The notes below the pieces were generated by a model, which saw only the letters and a list, made by a program, of their open reading frames with translations, did not search any database and was not told the DNA's origin. Shown here piece after piece: positions 1-7,798 of a stretch of 64,000 nucleotides of DNA (position 1 is the stretch's first letter; each line of letters starts with the position of its first letter). Made by a program: the position numbers and the translations under genes. Source of the DNA: Sedimentisphaerales bacterium (GTDB lineage Bacteria; Planctomycetota; Phycisphaerae; Sedimentisphaerales; SM23-30); the NCBI GenBank assembly GCA_963663805.2, contig CAXXMR010000027.1, positions 32,001 to 96,000 on the forward strand, read 5' to 3'.

Positions 1-658
1 TAACTCCTAACAATACAAAGAAGTGAGCCGGATAAAACCAGCGCCAAAGCCAATTGGGAATCTGTAATTTAAAATTCTTGGGGCAAAGATAGATAACCGG
101 CAAGGCCAGTATAGCGAAAATCTGGACCGGATTATTTGTAATAGAGGAATACAGCAAAGTAAGGGCAATATAAAATATTATCCCTTTTACTTTGTGAGTC
201 TCTAAAAGTCTGAATACAAACAACAGTAACAGGCCGTATATGCTGTATTCAACCAAAGCGGTACATAATCCCAGAAATACCGCAATAGCTTTATGGCCGC
301 TCTGCCAAAGCTGATAAACCAGAATGAAGATTGCAAAGGTAAATACAATATTGAATTTGCACGAGACAAACAAAGCGAAACCATATTGAGCCAGTGCCGC
401 TATAACTGCCAGACGCAGGAAGTACCGGAATTTATTGTCTGTCCAGTCTATCCCGGTTGCCATCAGGTAGGCATAAATGGGAAAAGCTATCCTGCCGACC
501 ATTCGCAAGGCTAATACTTGCGGAAAGAATATCATACCGATATGGTCTAAAACCATCGTAATAATGGCAATGCACTTGAGATATTCCCGCCGATTGTCAA
601 TTAGTTTTCCATTCGTAGTATAGTTCCATCGGACAATATTATCATTCGTTTGCGCCAT
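1..658 (-). CDS. TraX-family membrane acyltransferase (pilin-acetylase-like); runs off the left edge
   Basis: Manual translation (absent from ORF track because no stop in window): MAQTND...REYLKCIAIITMVLDHIG...VGRIAFPIYAYLMA...FNIVFT...WRWFYPAHFFVLLGV; GAGG RBS; overlaps pI stop. Confidence 0.85.
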   Translation of the reverse strand, partial: MAQTNDNIVRWNYTTNGKLIDNRREYLKCIAIITMVLDHIGMIFFPQVLALRMVGRIAFPIYAYLMATGIDWTDNKFRYFLRLAVIAALAQYGFALFVSCKFNIVFTFAIFILVYQLWQSGHKAIAVFLGLCTALVEYSIYGLLLLFVFRLLETHKVKGIIFYIALTLLYSSITNNPVQIFAILALPVIYLCPKNFKLQIPNWLWRWFYPAHFFVLLGV

Positions 659-1851
659 ATTATTTCCTCAACTTTCTTGCCCTGATATATGCCGGAATCT
701 ATTATTTCCCCTATTTGCAAATCCAAACCATTTTTCAGTAAAACACTGTCCCTTGTCATAAGGGCTATGGCAGATTCGGAAATAAGTTTTTCCTGCAAGG
801 TTTGTTTTTCCTGATTGGCCTTTTCTAGTTCCTGCTGAATTTGCAAAAGTTCATTGGCGGGAATAACCGGCTGGGCAGTATTAACAGCAGGAGCCGTTTT
901 AACGTTTTCAACTTTCTTAATCGCTGTTTGTTTCTTGGCAAGATAGCTGAGCTTTTCCAGAAAAGTTCTGAATAATATTTTGCTGCCGCCGAACAACACT
1001 ATCCAGCAGAACAAAGCGACAATTAACGCCCTTGAAGCCAGAGCGAGAGGGTGAGTCTTGATAAACCACCAGAAAACACCTATACGGCCATGCTTTTGAA
1101 ATTCATGTTGGGCCGCCTTGCCAGCCTTACCGCCGGTATGCGGGGCGACAAAGGAGTCATAGAACTGGAAATAATACGGGTCGAGCGTGAAAGTCTCCCG
1201 GTGTGATACTTTCCACTTGCCGTCAATGGAGCGTTTTTCAATCTGATGTATCTTTTTTTCATACACTCCGGTTAATGCTGCCTGTAATTCGTACCAGTGC
1301 GCCATCTGTATTTTGAAGAACGGGTCACGGTTGGTTTCGCCATTGACAAGGCTGATTAAAACTGAGGCTTCCCATTTAATTTCATCGGCCAGCTTATTAG
1401 GTGATTGGGTCAAAAATTCAACCGTTGCCCCTCTATGCCGGATTTCACCCAACCACTTGCCCCATTTTTGCCGTTGATGTTTGGGAGTGGATACGCCACA
1501 AAAATTATGTATTTCATCTATGGCGATATGAGCGTTATTTATATCAATATCCTGAAAATAACTCCACGGTCCCTCCGCTAAATCTGTTTGCCGACGATCA
1601 TAGGTCAGCATCCATTTATCAAGCTCGGCTTTCGGGATAATATGTATTCTTTCCAGAATCTTTTCTTTTGGGATATTATGTTTTTTGCTGACCACTTCGG
1701 CCATCTTGTCAGCAAAGGCCGGATAGTTAGTGTAAATATGGCCGGTTTCTTTCGGCAGAAATTCATCGACCATAAACCTTGAACATCGGCGATAGGTCTT
1801 GCCGGAACCCGCCGGGCCGGTTGTCAGATATACTGTACTTCTTTTTGCCAT
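601..1851 (-). CDS. Inovirus morphogenesis ATPase pI (Zot-like)
   Basis: N-terminal Walker A GPAGSGKT, IYTN, Walker B IAIDE, RH and LTQ motifs, one TM helix then periplasmic tail. Confidence 0.92.
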   Translation of the reverse strand: MAKRSTVYLTTGPAGSGKTYRRCSRFMVDEFLPKETGHIYTNYPAFADKMAEVVSKKHNIPKEKILERIHIIPKAELDKWMLTYDRRQTDLAEGPWSYFQDIDINNAHIAIDEIHNFCGVSTPKHQRQKWGKWLGEIRHRGATVEFLTQSPNKLADEIKWEASVLISLVNGETNRDPFFKIQMAHWYELQAALTGVYEKKIHQIEKRSIDGKWKVSHRETFTLDPYYFQFYDSFVAPHTGGKAGKAAQHEFQKHGRIGVFWWFIKTHPLALASRALIVALFCWIVLFGGSKILFRTFLEKLSYLAKKQTAIKKVENVKTAPAVNTAQPVIPANELLQIQQELEKANQEKQTLQEKLISESAIALMTRDSVLLKNGLDLQIGEIIDSGIYQGKKVEEIIWRKRMIILSDGTILRMEN

Positions 1852-1853
1852 TT

Positions 1854-2174
1854 TTACCCCACAGTTGGAATTAATTTCAATACGAATTTCACGGTAACAA
1901 ATACCGCAACAAAAGTGTAATACACTGCTAATAGGGTAACACCGTAATCAAGAGGAACCCATGAATTGGCAACCTCAATCCAGACTTTCATTGGCTCAAG
2001 ATTGGCCTGCCAGTCAGCCGGGACCATTTCCAGCAGGAAACCCAGCCCGGTATCAACCAGAGTCTTTATGGAGTCACTAAGCCAGTTCCAGAAGGCTACT
2101 AGAGCATTTATAATGGCCGATTCCCACCAGCTAGGCTGTTCCTCGCTGGCAAGTATATAGAGAAAATTGAACAT
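1854..2174 (-). CDS. Minor coat protein pVI-like
   Basis: 106 aa hydrophobic protein ending FVLKLIPTVG, directly upstream of pI. Confidence 0.8.
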   Translation of the reverse strand: MFNFLYILASEEQPSWWESAIINALVAFWNWLSDSIKTLVDTGLGFLLEMVPADWQANLEPMKVWIEVANSWVPLDYGVTLLAVYYTFVAVFVTVKFVLKLIPTVG

Positions 2175-2186
2175 GATTATGCCTTT

Positions 2187-2609
2187 CTAATATTGCCGTA
2201 ATACCAGCCAGATATTTCTGATGAGCCAATAGGTCATGAGCGCAATAAACAACATGCGTATCCATTTACGGAGCTGGTCAACTGCCGCCCCCATTGTTGT
2301 TGATGTATCAGGCACGAGATTAATTTTGTATTCCTGAACACCAGCACCGGGAAAGGGTATACGTAGGGTAACGGTATAATCACGCTGGTTATCAGGCCGG
2401 AGGGATTCCCAGTTGCCCCGGATTTTATCGAAGCGCCCTAACATATCATCATAGTCTTGATCGCCGAAATTAAAAGATGAGGGATTAGTGGTATAATTCC
2501 CCGGTTCGTACTGGTCGGGGTCTTGATAAGTATCATCATTATCGGGAGCGTCATTATTGGTATCACCTGTACCATCGCCGCTATAACCGCCCGTTGAATA
2601 AACCATCAT
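2187..2609 (-). CDS. C-terminal part of attachment protein pIII-like (probably frameshifted from the upstream ORF)
   Basis: Gly/Asp-rich linker followed by a C-terminal TM anchor; overlaps the 2581-3684 ORF. Confidence 0.7.
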   Translation of the reverse strand: MMVYSTGGYSGDGTGDTNNDAPDNDDTYQDPDQYEPGNYTTNPSSFNFGDQDYDDMLGRFDKIRGNWESLRPDNQRDYTVTLRIPFPGAGVQEYKINLVPDTSTTMGAAVDQLRKWIRMLFIALMTYWLIRNIWLVLRQY

Positions 2610-3684
2610 GGTAATCGTCCGGGTCAGTGGGGTCAGTTGCCGGCGGTGCTACCGGGTTGGGATTATCAACCGTTGGCGTAGGTGTCGCCGGGTTGGTTTC
2701 GCTGTAGTTGCTTTCCCCGTCGCCGTCATAGTCCAGATTGTTCCAGTCCGGGTCATATAATTCTGAGGGGTAATCATCGGAATTTAGCCAGTTAGAGCCG
2801 CTATCCCATTCCAGACCATCGGTATAGCCATCGCCATCCGAATCATTCAGACGCCAGTTACCAACGCCGTTATCACTAACGGGATTAAACATATTTATTT
2901 CAGAATCGAAATCACCCGTTCCCGGTGCTTTTGATGTTGCATCATACGGGTCGAAACCGTGTGTTTCTTCCCAGCCATCGGAAAAACCATCACCATCAGA
3001 ATCAATATTCCGTTTATTCTCCCAGTTATCAGCCCATGCTGTGGGGTCTTCCTGCCAGAGTTTATAATCGAAAGGGTCGTCGTTAGTGCCAGTGGCAGAA
3101 GTCCAGTTTGTACCTTCAAAATTTTCACCAAATATCTTTTTGCCAAGTTCATTCATATACTGGTCATGTAATGGGCAGTCTTTATCAATCTGGTCCGGTA
3201 TGCCGTCCAAATCTTCATCTATTAATGGATTGTTAATTTCATTGGCGTAATCATCCAGTAAATCCAAATCATCCGGCGGGGAATAGGGGCCGCCATCAAC
3301 AAACTGGCTGTAATCCGGGGCAGAACTGCAAGCACTGTAATAGCTTTCTGCATTACCGCCCCAGCTACCATCTACATACCAGCGACCACCACCAGAACTA
3401 TCCCACTGAAAACATTTGTAGCCTGAATATGAATGCCATGTACCGGAATAATAGTACATTGAACCTGTCCCGCAATACCTTCTGGTGCCATCTGATGAAG
3501 TATAAACCGTCGGCATTAGAAACGTATAGCCAGGTTGACTGCCGGTAAACATGCCTATCCCTTCCCCCGCGCAAATATCAACCGGGGAAGGTGTACTGTT
3601 ATCAACGGCAAAGGTCGGCAAAGCCGTCAATAGTGATATTACCAGAGTTTTCTTGAGTCTTTTGCTAACAGGATTAAACGCCAT
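2581..3684 (-). CDS. N-terminal part of attachment protein pIII-like with DxDxDG Ca-binding repeats
   Basis: Signal peptide (KKTLVISLLTALPTFA), Cys-containing N-domain, DSDGDG repeats, Pro/Thr linker; position between coat genes and pVI. Confidence 0.75.
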   Translation of the reverse strand: MAFNPVSKRLKKTLVISLLTALPTFAVDNSTPSPVDICAGEGIGMFTGSQPGYTFLMPTVYTSSDGTRRYCGTGSMYYYSGTWHSYSGYKCFQWDSSGGGRWYVDGSWGGNAESYYSACSSAPDYSQFVDGGPYSPPDDLDLLDDYANEINNPLIDEDLDGIPDQIDKDCPLHDQYMNELGKKIFGENFEGTNWTSATGTNDDPFDYKLWQEDPTAWADNWENKRNIDSDGDGFSDGWEETHGFDPYDATSKAPGTGDFDSEINMFNPVSDNGVGNWRLNDSDGDGYTDGLEWDSGSNWLNSDDYPSELYDPDWNNLDYDGDGESNYSETNPATPTPTVDNPNPVAPPATDPTDPDDYHDGLFNGRL

Positions 3685-3848
3685 GATACAGCACCCCAGA
3701 TAATAGTTGCGGTTATACACAATACCTTTAACATGAATTTGGATTCATAAATGTCGTTCTGTATCGTCTGCCATTGATTAGGGTCAATAACCACCGTAGA
3801 GGCAAGGCAGCTTGAGGACAGAAAGAGCAATATCAATATGAATTTCAT
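3639..3848 (-). CDS. Small phage membrane/minor coat protein
   Basis: MKFILILLFLSSSCLA signal plus one TM helix and a basic tail. Confidence 0.65.
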   Translation of the reverse strand: MKFILILLFLSSSCLASTVVIDPNQWQTIQNDIYESKFMLKVLCITATIIWGAVSWRLILLAKDSRKLW

Positions 3849-3860
3849 TTTATTCCCCAT

Positions 3861-3898
3861 AAAAAAAGGCTAAGTGGAGCGTTTGCCCCACTTTAGCC
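3861..3898 (-). terminator. Rho-independent terminator after the coat genes
   Basis: Minus strand GGCTAAAGTGG-loop-CCACTTAGCC followed by T7; analogous position to the Ff terminator after gene VIII. Confidence 0.75.
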
Positions 3899-4013
3899 CG
3901 ACTCGGATAATGGTAAATGCAACAGAACCGCCGATAAGAATAAGCAGCCACGGCCCGATTAAACTTACTACCGCAACCAGAAAACCACCTATATCATTAA
4001 GCTCAAATTCCAT
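3870..4013 (-). CDS. 47 aa second coat-like protein
   Basis: Manual translation MEFELNDIGGFLVAVVSLIGPWLLILIGGSVAFTIIRVGLKWGKRST; acidic N-terminus, TM helix, basic C-terminus. Confidence 0.75.
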   Translation of the reverse strand: MEFELNDIGGFLVAVVSLIGPWLLILIGGSVAFTIIRVGLKWGKRST

Positions 4014-4041
4014 TGCAAATACCTATTATCCTTTAACAAGA

Positions 4042-4269
4042 TTAACCAATCTTGTTGCCCCATCGCAGGGCACGTCTTACCACCAGAAAAGCGAAGTAAC
4101 CACCCACAGCAACCGCAGCAACAGCGCCGAGGGCAGTAATACCGGCGGTGATATAACCGCCTACATCAATTCCGGTATCGGGGATGGTGACTCCACTGGC
4201 AAAAACACGGGAAGCACCGGCACCGACCAAGACAGCGCCCCCAAGGGCTAAATTCCTGACCTTTTTCAT
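4042..4269 (-). CDS. Major coat protein pVIII-like (procoat)
   Basis: MKKVRNLALGGAVLVGAGASRVFA leader, ~51 aa mature part with TM helix and basic tail; AAAGGA RBS. Confidence 0.85.
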   Translation of the reverse strand: MKKVRNLALGGAVLVGAGASRVFASGVTIPDTGIDVGGYITAGITALGAVAAVAVGGYFAFLVVRRALRWGNKIG

Positions 4270-4346
4270 AACAAAATCCTTTCGCAACACAAAACACAAT
4301 AAAATATAAAACAATTCAGTTTGGCCAAAACTGTTACACGCAAAAA

Positions 4347-4484
4347 TTAGATATTCTCACCATGCCAGAAGTTGAAAATCTTTAATCCATTACAGGCAAC
4401 GACTACAAAATGAAGGGCGGCATGAAATATAAAACCACATGACCAGCCGTAAATGACATAATTCCAGGGGCTGCTAAATTCCAT
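4347..4484 (-). CDS. 45 aa hydrophobic minor coat candidate (pVII/pIX-like)
   Basis: Manual translation MEFSSPWNYVIYGWSCGFIFHAALHFVVVACNGLKIFNFWHGENI; start overlaps the Rep stop. Confidence 0.6.
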   Translation of the reverse strand: MEFSSPWNYVIYGWSCGFIFHAALHFVVVACNGLKIFNFWHGENI

Positions 4485-5436
4485 ATTGTTCACCGCTTTC
4501 GTCAAAATAACTCTCATAGTTACTTACCGGGCAGGTTCGGTAGCGTTCCTCATCGAGTGTTTCTTCGAGAATTGCCCGCACCCAGTCAGGCATAAAATCA
4601 GGTTTTCTCTTATTTATCAAGTGAAGTGCGGCGGCGTCCGCCGCCGCCAACCCTGCAAAGCAGCACAAATGGTCACGGTCAACATCAAGATGCATCCAGC
4701 CTTTCTCCGAACCAATGACATTAACATTATTTTCCATGCAGGCTTTTAATAAAAAACCGATATGAACATTAACGGTGAAAAAACTTGGGTCAGTAACACC
4801 TTCCCGGCATAAGGTTTTATTTCGATATTCCTCCAGACGAACAGCAATAGGGATATAACAGCCAGATTTTCCCCAAGGGTCGGGGATTTTCTTGTCGTAC
4901 TTTTCCTTTTCGTTTTCTTCCTCCCAGAAGCCGGGACTGACGGCAACAATTTTTACCGTCTTGGGTTTTTCCGCCAGAATCCACGCCGGGACTTTTCCAT
5001 CTTTGGCTACGTATTTAGTTACGTAACCGGCAATAGAGTCTTTCCAGCGGTTGACCCAGACGAATCCATGCCCCCAGAGTGCCTGTAGATCACTCTGAGG
5101 GATGAACCCGGAATAATCAATGATAAGATGAAAATGAACCCAGCCGCCTTCCTGAAATTCTAATTTCCGCATCCATTTACCGGTTAGCGATTCTCCTAGA
5201 TACCGGGATAGACGCCTGATGAATAACGGGACGTGCTGTTGTTCTTTCATCTGGTAATAAAGTTCCCTTGGCGATTCGTAATCGTCATGTCTGTAAGTTA
5301 AAGTAATGAACAACCCACGACGGCCACCCATACGGTTTTTAATTCTTTCCGCGAGGTTAAACGAAAGAAACGGGACGCTTAGAGGGTCAAACCAACTTTT
5401 CAGACTGGGAACTTTTACCGCTATCATGATTATCAA
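4474..5436 (-). CDS. Rolling-circle replication initiator (HUH endonuclease)
   Basis: Motif I FITLTY, motif II VHFHLII, motif III YVTKYVAK. Confidence 0.9.
   Translation of the reverse strand: MIIMIAVKVPSLKSWFDPLSVPFLSFNLAERIKNRMGGRRGLFITLTYRHDDYESPRELYYQMKEQQHVPLFIRRLSRYLGESLTGKWMRKLEFQEGGWVHFHLIIDYSGFIPQSDLQALWGHGFVWVNRWKDSIAGYVTKYVAKDGKVPAWILAEKPKTVKIVAVSPGFWEEENEKEKYDKKIPDPWGKSGCYIPIAVRLEEYRNKTLCREGVTDPSFFTVNVHIGFLLKACMENNVNVIGSEKGWMHLDVDRDHLCCFAGLAAADAAALHLINKRKPDFMPDWVRAILEETLDEERYRTCPVSNYESYFDESGEQYGI
4615..4647 (-). other. Candidate double-strand origin (nick site) within rep
   Basis: Perfect GCGGCGGC-GGAC-GCCGCCGC hairpin 6 nt upstream of CTTGATA, the phiX174/pC194-type nick core. 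Confidence 0.65.
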
Positions 5437-5447
5437 TTCCTTGGAAA

Positions 5448-5714
5448 TTATTCTTTTTCGTCCACGGGTTTAATGCCCGCAAGGTCAAACTGGGGGACAT
5501 TGTTAAAGAAACTAAAAGTACCAAAACAGCGGACGTTTTGACCTATAACAACTTCCTGATAAAGACTTATATCTTCTGTCCGAAGATTGAAATTCTTACC
5601 GAGAGTTGCTACGGAAATGATATATTGACGCCATTTTGAGTCGGCCTTCTTGGGCATAATGACTCTGGTGTCTTGAACGATACCGCAAATTTCAAATCGG
5701 TCCAACAATTTCAT
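5448..5714 (-). CDS. Single-stranded DNA-binding protein pV-like
   Basis: 88 aa, beta-rich OB-fold-like pattern, adjacent to rep. Confidence 0.6.
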   Translation of the reverse strand: MKLLDRFEICGIVQDTRVIMPKKADSKWRQYIISVATLGKNFNLRTEDISLYQEVVIGQNVRCFGTFSFFNNVPQFDLAGIKPVDEKE

Positions 5715-5764
5715 AAAACTGGCTCCTAAAAAAGTAGTAAAAAAATAAAAACCTTTTTTTGCTC

Positions 5765-5886
5765 AGGCTCCCCTACAAATCCGGCAGCAGCGCTGCTCAC
5801 CGTCCCTTTCTTTTTCGCCCTCCAACCGCTTGCGCGAGGGCGAAAAAGCGGAGACGGCAGCAGCTTAAATTTTCGTTGGGGAGCCT
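5765..5886. repeat. Large nested inverted repeat (candidate single-strand origin or packaging signal)
   Basis: AGGCTCCCC/GGGGAGCCT outer stem, GCTGC and CCGTC middle stems, TTTTTCGCCCTC/GAGGGCGAAAAA inner stem. Confidence 0.7.
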
Positions 5887-6014
5887 CTATTTACTTTTCA
5901 ATGTGAGGCTTTCTAAATTACTAACGGCCTCTATAATTGGCCGATAGTTGCATTTTTTTTGAAAGTTTTTCGAGGAAATGTGGAATTTGAGATTGGAAAC
6001 GCAGAAAAAAAGTT

Positions 6015-6335
6015 TTATTTTTCTTCTGAAAGTTGTATCGACCGTTGCATTTTGGCGCGGGATTTAAGATATTGCGAAACGCTTTCCCAGCGGTATAAAG
6101 TGACCTTGTTGACACCCACTTTGCGGGATAACTCATCAACAGTAATATCGGGACAACTCAGAATATACGCCATCGCCAGAGTTTTTTTGTCAACATGAAC
6201 CAGACGATTATCTGAAAAATATTGAACCTGCTTTTTGCCTTGGGAATCGCCGCACAAGCTATCTATTTCACCATCAACAATTTTCAGCGAGTCAATAAGG
6301 GATTGTTTCAATTGAATTAAATCAGGTAATTTCAT
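6015..6335 (-). CDS. HTH DNA-binding protein
   Basis: ELSRKVGVNKVTLYRW helix-turn-helix. Confidence 0.75.
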   Translation of the reverse strand: MKLPDLIQLKQSLIDSLKIVDGEIDSLCGDSQGKKQVQYFSDNRLVHVDKKTLAMAYILSCPDITVDELSRKVGVNKVTLYRWESVSQYLKSRAKMQRSIQLSEEK

Positions 6336-6360
6336 GATATGCCAAGGAGTACAAAAAATG

Positions 6361-6394
6361 GCTCTCCTAGCGGAACTTACAAGGCTAGGAGAGC
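6361..6394. repeat. 11 bp perfect intergenic hairpin
   Basis: GCTCTCCTAGC...GCTAGGAGAGC. Confidence 0.7.
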
Positions 6395-6399
6395 AAAGA

Positions 6400-6621
6400 T
6401 TATTTATGCAAATTTTTCATTCGGTTTTTCTCAAATAGGCACACCTCCTTTCGTAAATATCTGATAGTACTGCCTTTCTTTTTGCCTAAACACAGAACCA
6501 CAAACCCTTCCTCGCAAGCAATGGACATCACGGTATTTCGGGAAACTTGCCAGCGGTGGGCTAATTCTTTAGGTGAGACGTAAACAGAATCGTTTGAAAC
6601 ATTTGTTGTGCTGTTTTTCAT
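6400..6621 (-). CDS. Excisionase-like/MerR-type HTH protein
   Basis: YVSPKELAHRWQVSRNTV...TIRYLRKEV pattern; near the att site. Confidence 0.7.
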   Translation of the reverse strand: MKNSTTNVSNDSVYVSPKELAHRWQVSRNTVMSIACEEGFVVLCLGKKKGSTIRYLRKEVCLFEKNRMKNLHK

Positions 6622-6686
6622 GCTAAAATCCTTCGGTAATTCTATTAACGCTTCCAGTAGTGGCCGACCGTCGCATGAAAAACGTT

Positions 6687-6717
6687 AAAAAAAAGCCTGA
6701 AAATGGATTTTCAGGCT
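6687..6717 (-). terminator. Terminator-like palindrome
   Basis: AGCCTGAAAAT-GG-ATTTTCAGGCT with a T-tract on the minus strand. Confidence 0.6.
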
Positions 6718-6813
6718 AAAAACGAGGGAAAATATTTTTATTTTGTCTAAAAACGTCGCATTGTTCGTCGCATGGATAGCGAAAATAACCACTTGAGGCC
6801 GATGGGGAATGAT

Positions 6814-7128
6814 TTAGCGGCTATATCTGTCACGCTTGTAATCTTTTCTTGCCCTCAAAATCCTTCCAACTTCCGACCAGCGGTATAACGTCGATTTGTG
6901 TACCCCGACCATTTTTGCTAATTCTTCGGAAGGTATCCCCGGTAGTCTTAAAAGTATCGCCATTGCGACATCCTGCGGGTCTAAATCTATGGTTTTCCCA
7001 CCGGTTCGATAGGTAATACCGTTACTCTCAACGCCTCCCGATATGCCCTCCGACCCGTTATTCCCAACCAGCTCTAGAAGTTCATTGAGAAGATTTATTG
7101 CCAATTGTCTTTGTTTGGCATTCATCAA
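6814..7128 (-). CDS. HTH DNA-binding protein, paralog of 6015-6335
   Basis: ELAKMVGVHKSTLYRW; shares AMA.I/L...P.I...EL with the other HTH. Confidence 0.75.
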   Translation of the reverse strand: MMNAKQRQLAINLLNELLELVGNNGSEGISGGVESNGITYRTGGKTIDLDPQDVAMAILLRLPGIPSEELAKMVGVHKSTLYRWSEVGRILRARKDYKRDRYSR

Positions 7129-7532
7129 TCTATCTCAATACTGGAAGATTATTTTATTTCATGGCTTATATCATTGAATATAAAAGCGCGCGGATACCTC
7201 GGTCTAAATTTTAAAAGCAAAGTCAGGGTTATGGAAAATAGACTTAAGCCGATAAAGGCGGATTATCCCGATGGTTTATATTGGGGTATCATTTGACAGG
7301 TTCCTTCCATGCTGCTGCAATTCTGTGTGTAGCCGCTTTCAATAAAGGCGGGATGTCCAAAATATACAATATAGATTTTCGTGACGCAAATTATCGCCCC
7401 TTAAATATATGTTTTTATTCAGGTGGACATTACGCAATCGGCAGGCAGGAAAAAAACACGACCTCCGGGGTTGAAAAAGACTGTCAGGCAAAAAAGAGGC
7501 CCAAAGTGGGAACACTTTTGGGTACACTCAAC

Positions 7533-7561
7533 TTGACAACATGGGACATATATTATATAAT
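7533..7561 (+). promoter_or_regulatory. Perfect sigma70 consensus promoter
   Basis: TTGACA (7533-7538), 17 bp, TATAAT (7556-7561). Confidence 0.85.
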
Positions 7562-7623
7562 GACATTCGGTAAACTATTGTGTTTACTGTAAGTTATGAA
7601 TTTGCAATGGGGTCATTAACTCC

Positions 7624-7665
7624 CTCATAACCCGGAGGTCGTTGGTTCGAATCCAGCCCCCGCTA
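7624..7665 (+). other. att core: 3' half of initiator tRNA-Met(CAT)
   Basis: CTCATAACCCGGAGGTCGTTGGTTCGAATCCAGCCCCCGCTA = anticodon loop, T-arm and acceptor 3' strand; 5' half absent. Confidence 0.9.
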
Positions 7666-7676
7666 ATCCTTGTTAT

Positions 7677-7709
7677 AAAGGGACTTGCAGCAATGTAAGT
7701 CCTTTTTTT
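7677..7709 (+). terminator. Rho-independent terminator after the tRNA fragment
   Basis: GGACTTGCA-GCAA-TGTAAGTCC followed by T7. Confidence 0.8.
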
Positions 7710-7798
7710 GTGCGCCAAAATCAGGGTATTGTACCCTAAAGTGTACCCTGTGAGGCCGGAGGACTTGCCAAATATGGAAAACTTTTTTGGAGAAAGTC

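Larger units (their letters stand above)
1..7665 (-). mobile_element. Integrated filamentous phage (inovirus-like) prophage; left boundary lies outside the window
   Basis: Co-oriented SSB, Rep, small TM coat genes, pIII, pVI and pI/Zot in inovirus-like order, ending at a tRNA-derived att core at 7624-7665. Confidence 0.9.

Noticed and set aside
202..514. Short ORFs 202-384 and 293-514 in the track
   Set aside because: They overlap the much better supported TraX-like frame
601..1851. Zonula occludens toxin as a virulence factor
   Set aside because: Context shows a phage morphogenesis ATPase; no evidence for a toxin domain
3874..4251. 125 aa plus-strand ORF
   Set aside because: Antisense shadow of the two coat genes
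7590..7670. Complete tRNA-Met gene
   Set aside because: No D-arm or 5' acceptor strand, and TCC replaces the GGG needed for the anticodon stem; only the 3' half is present
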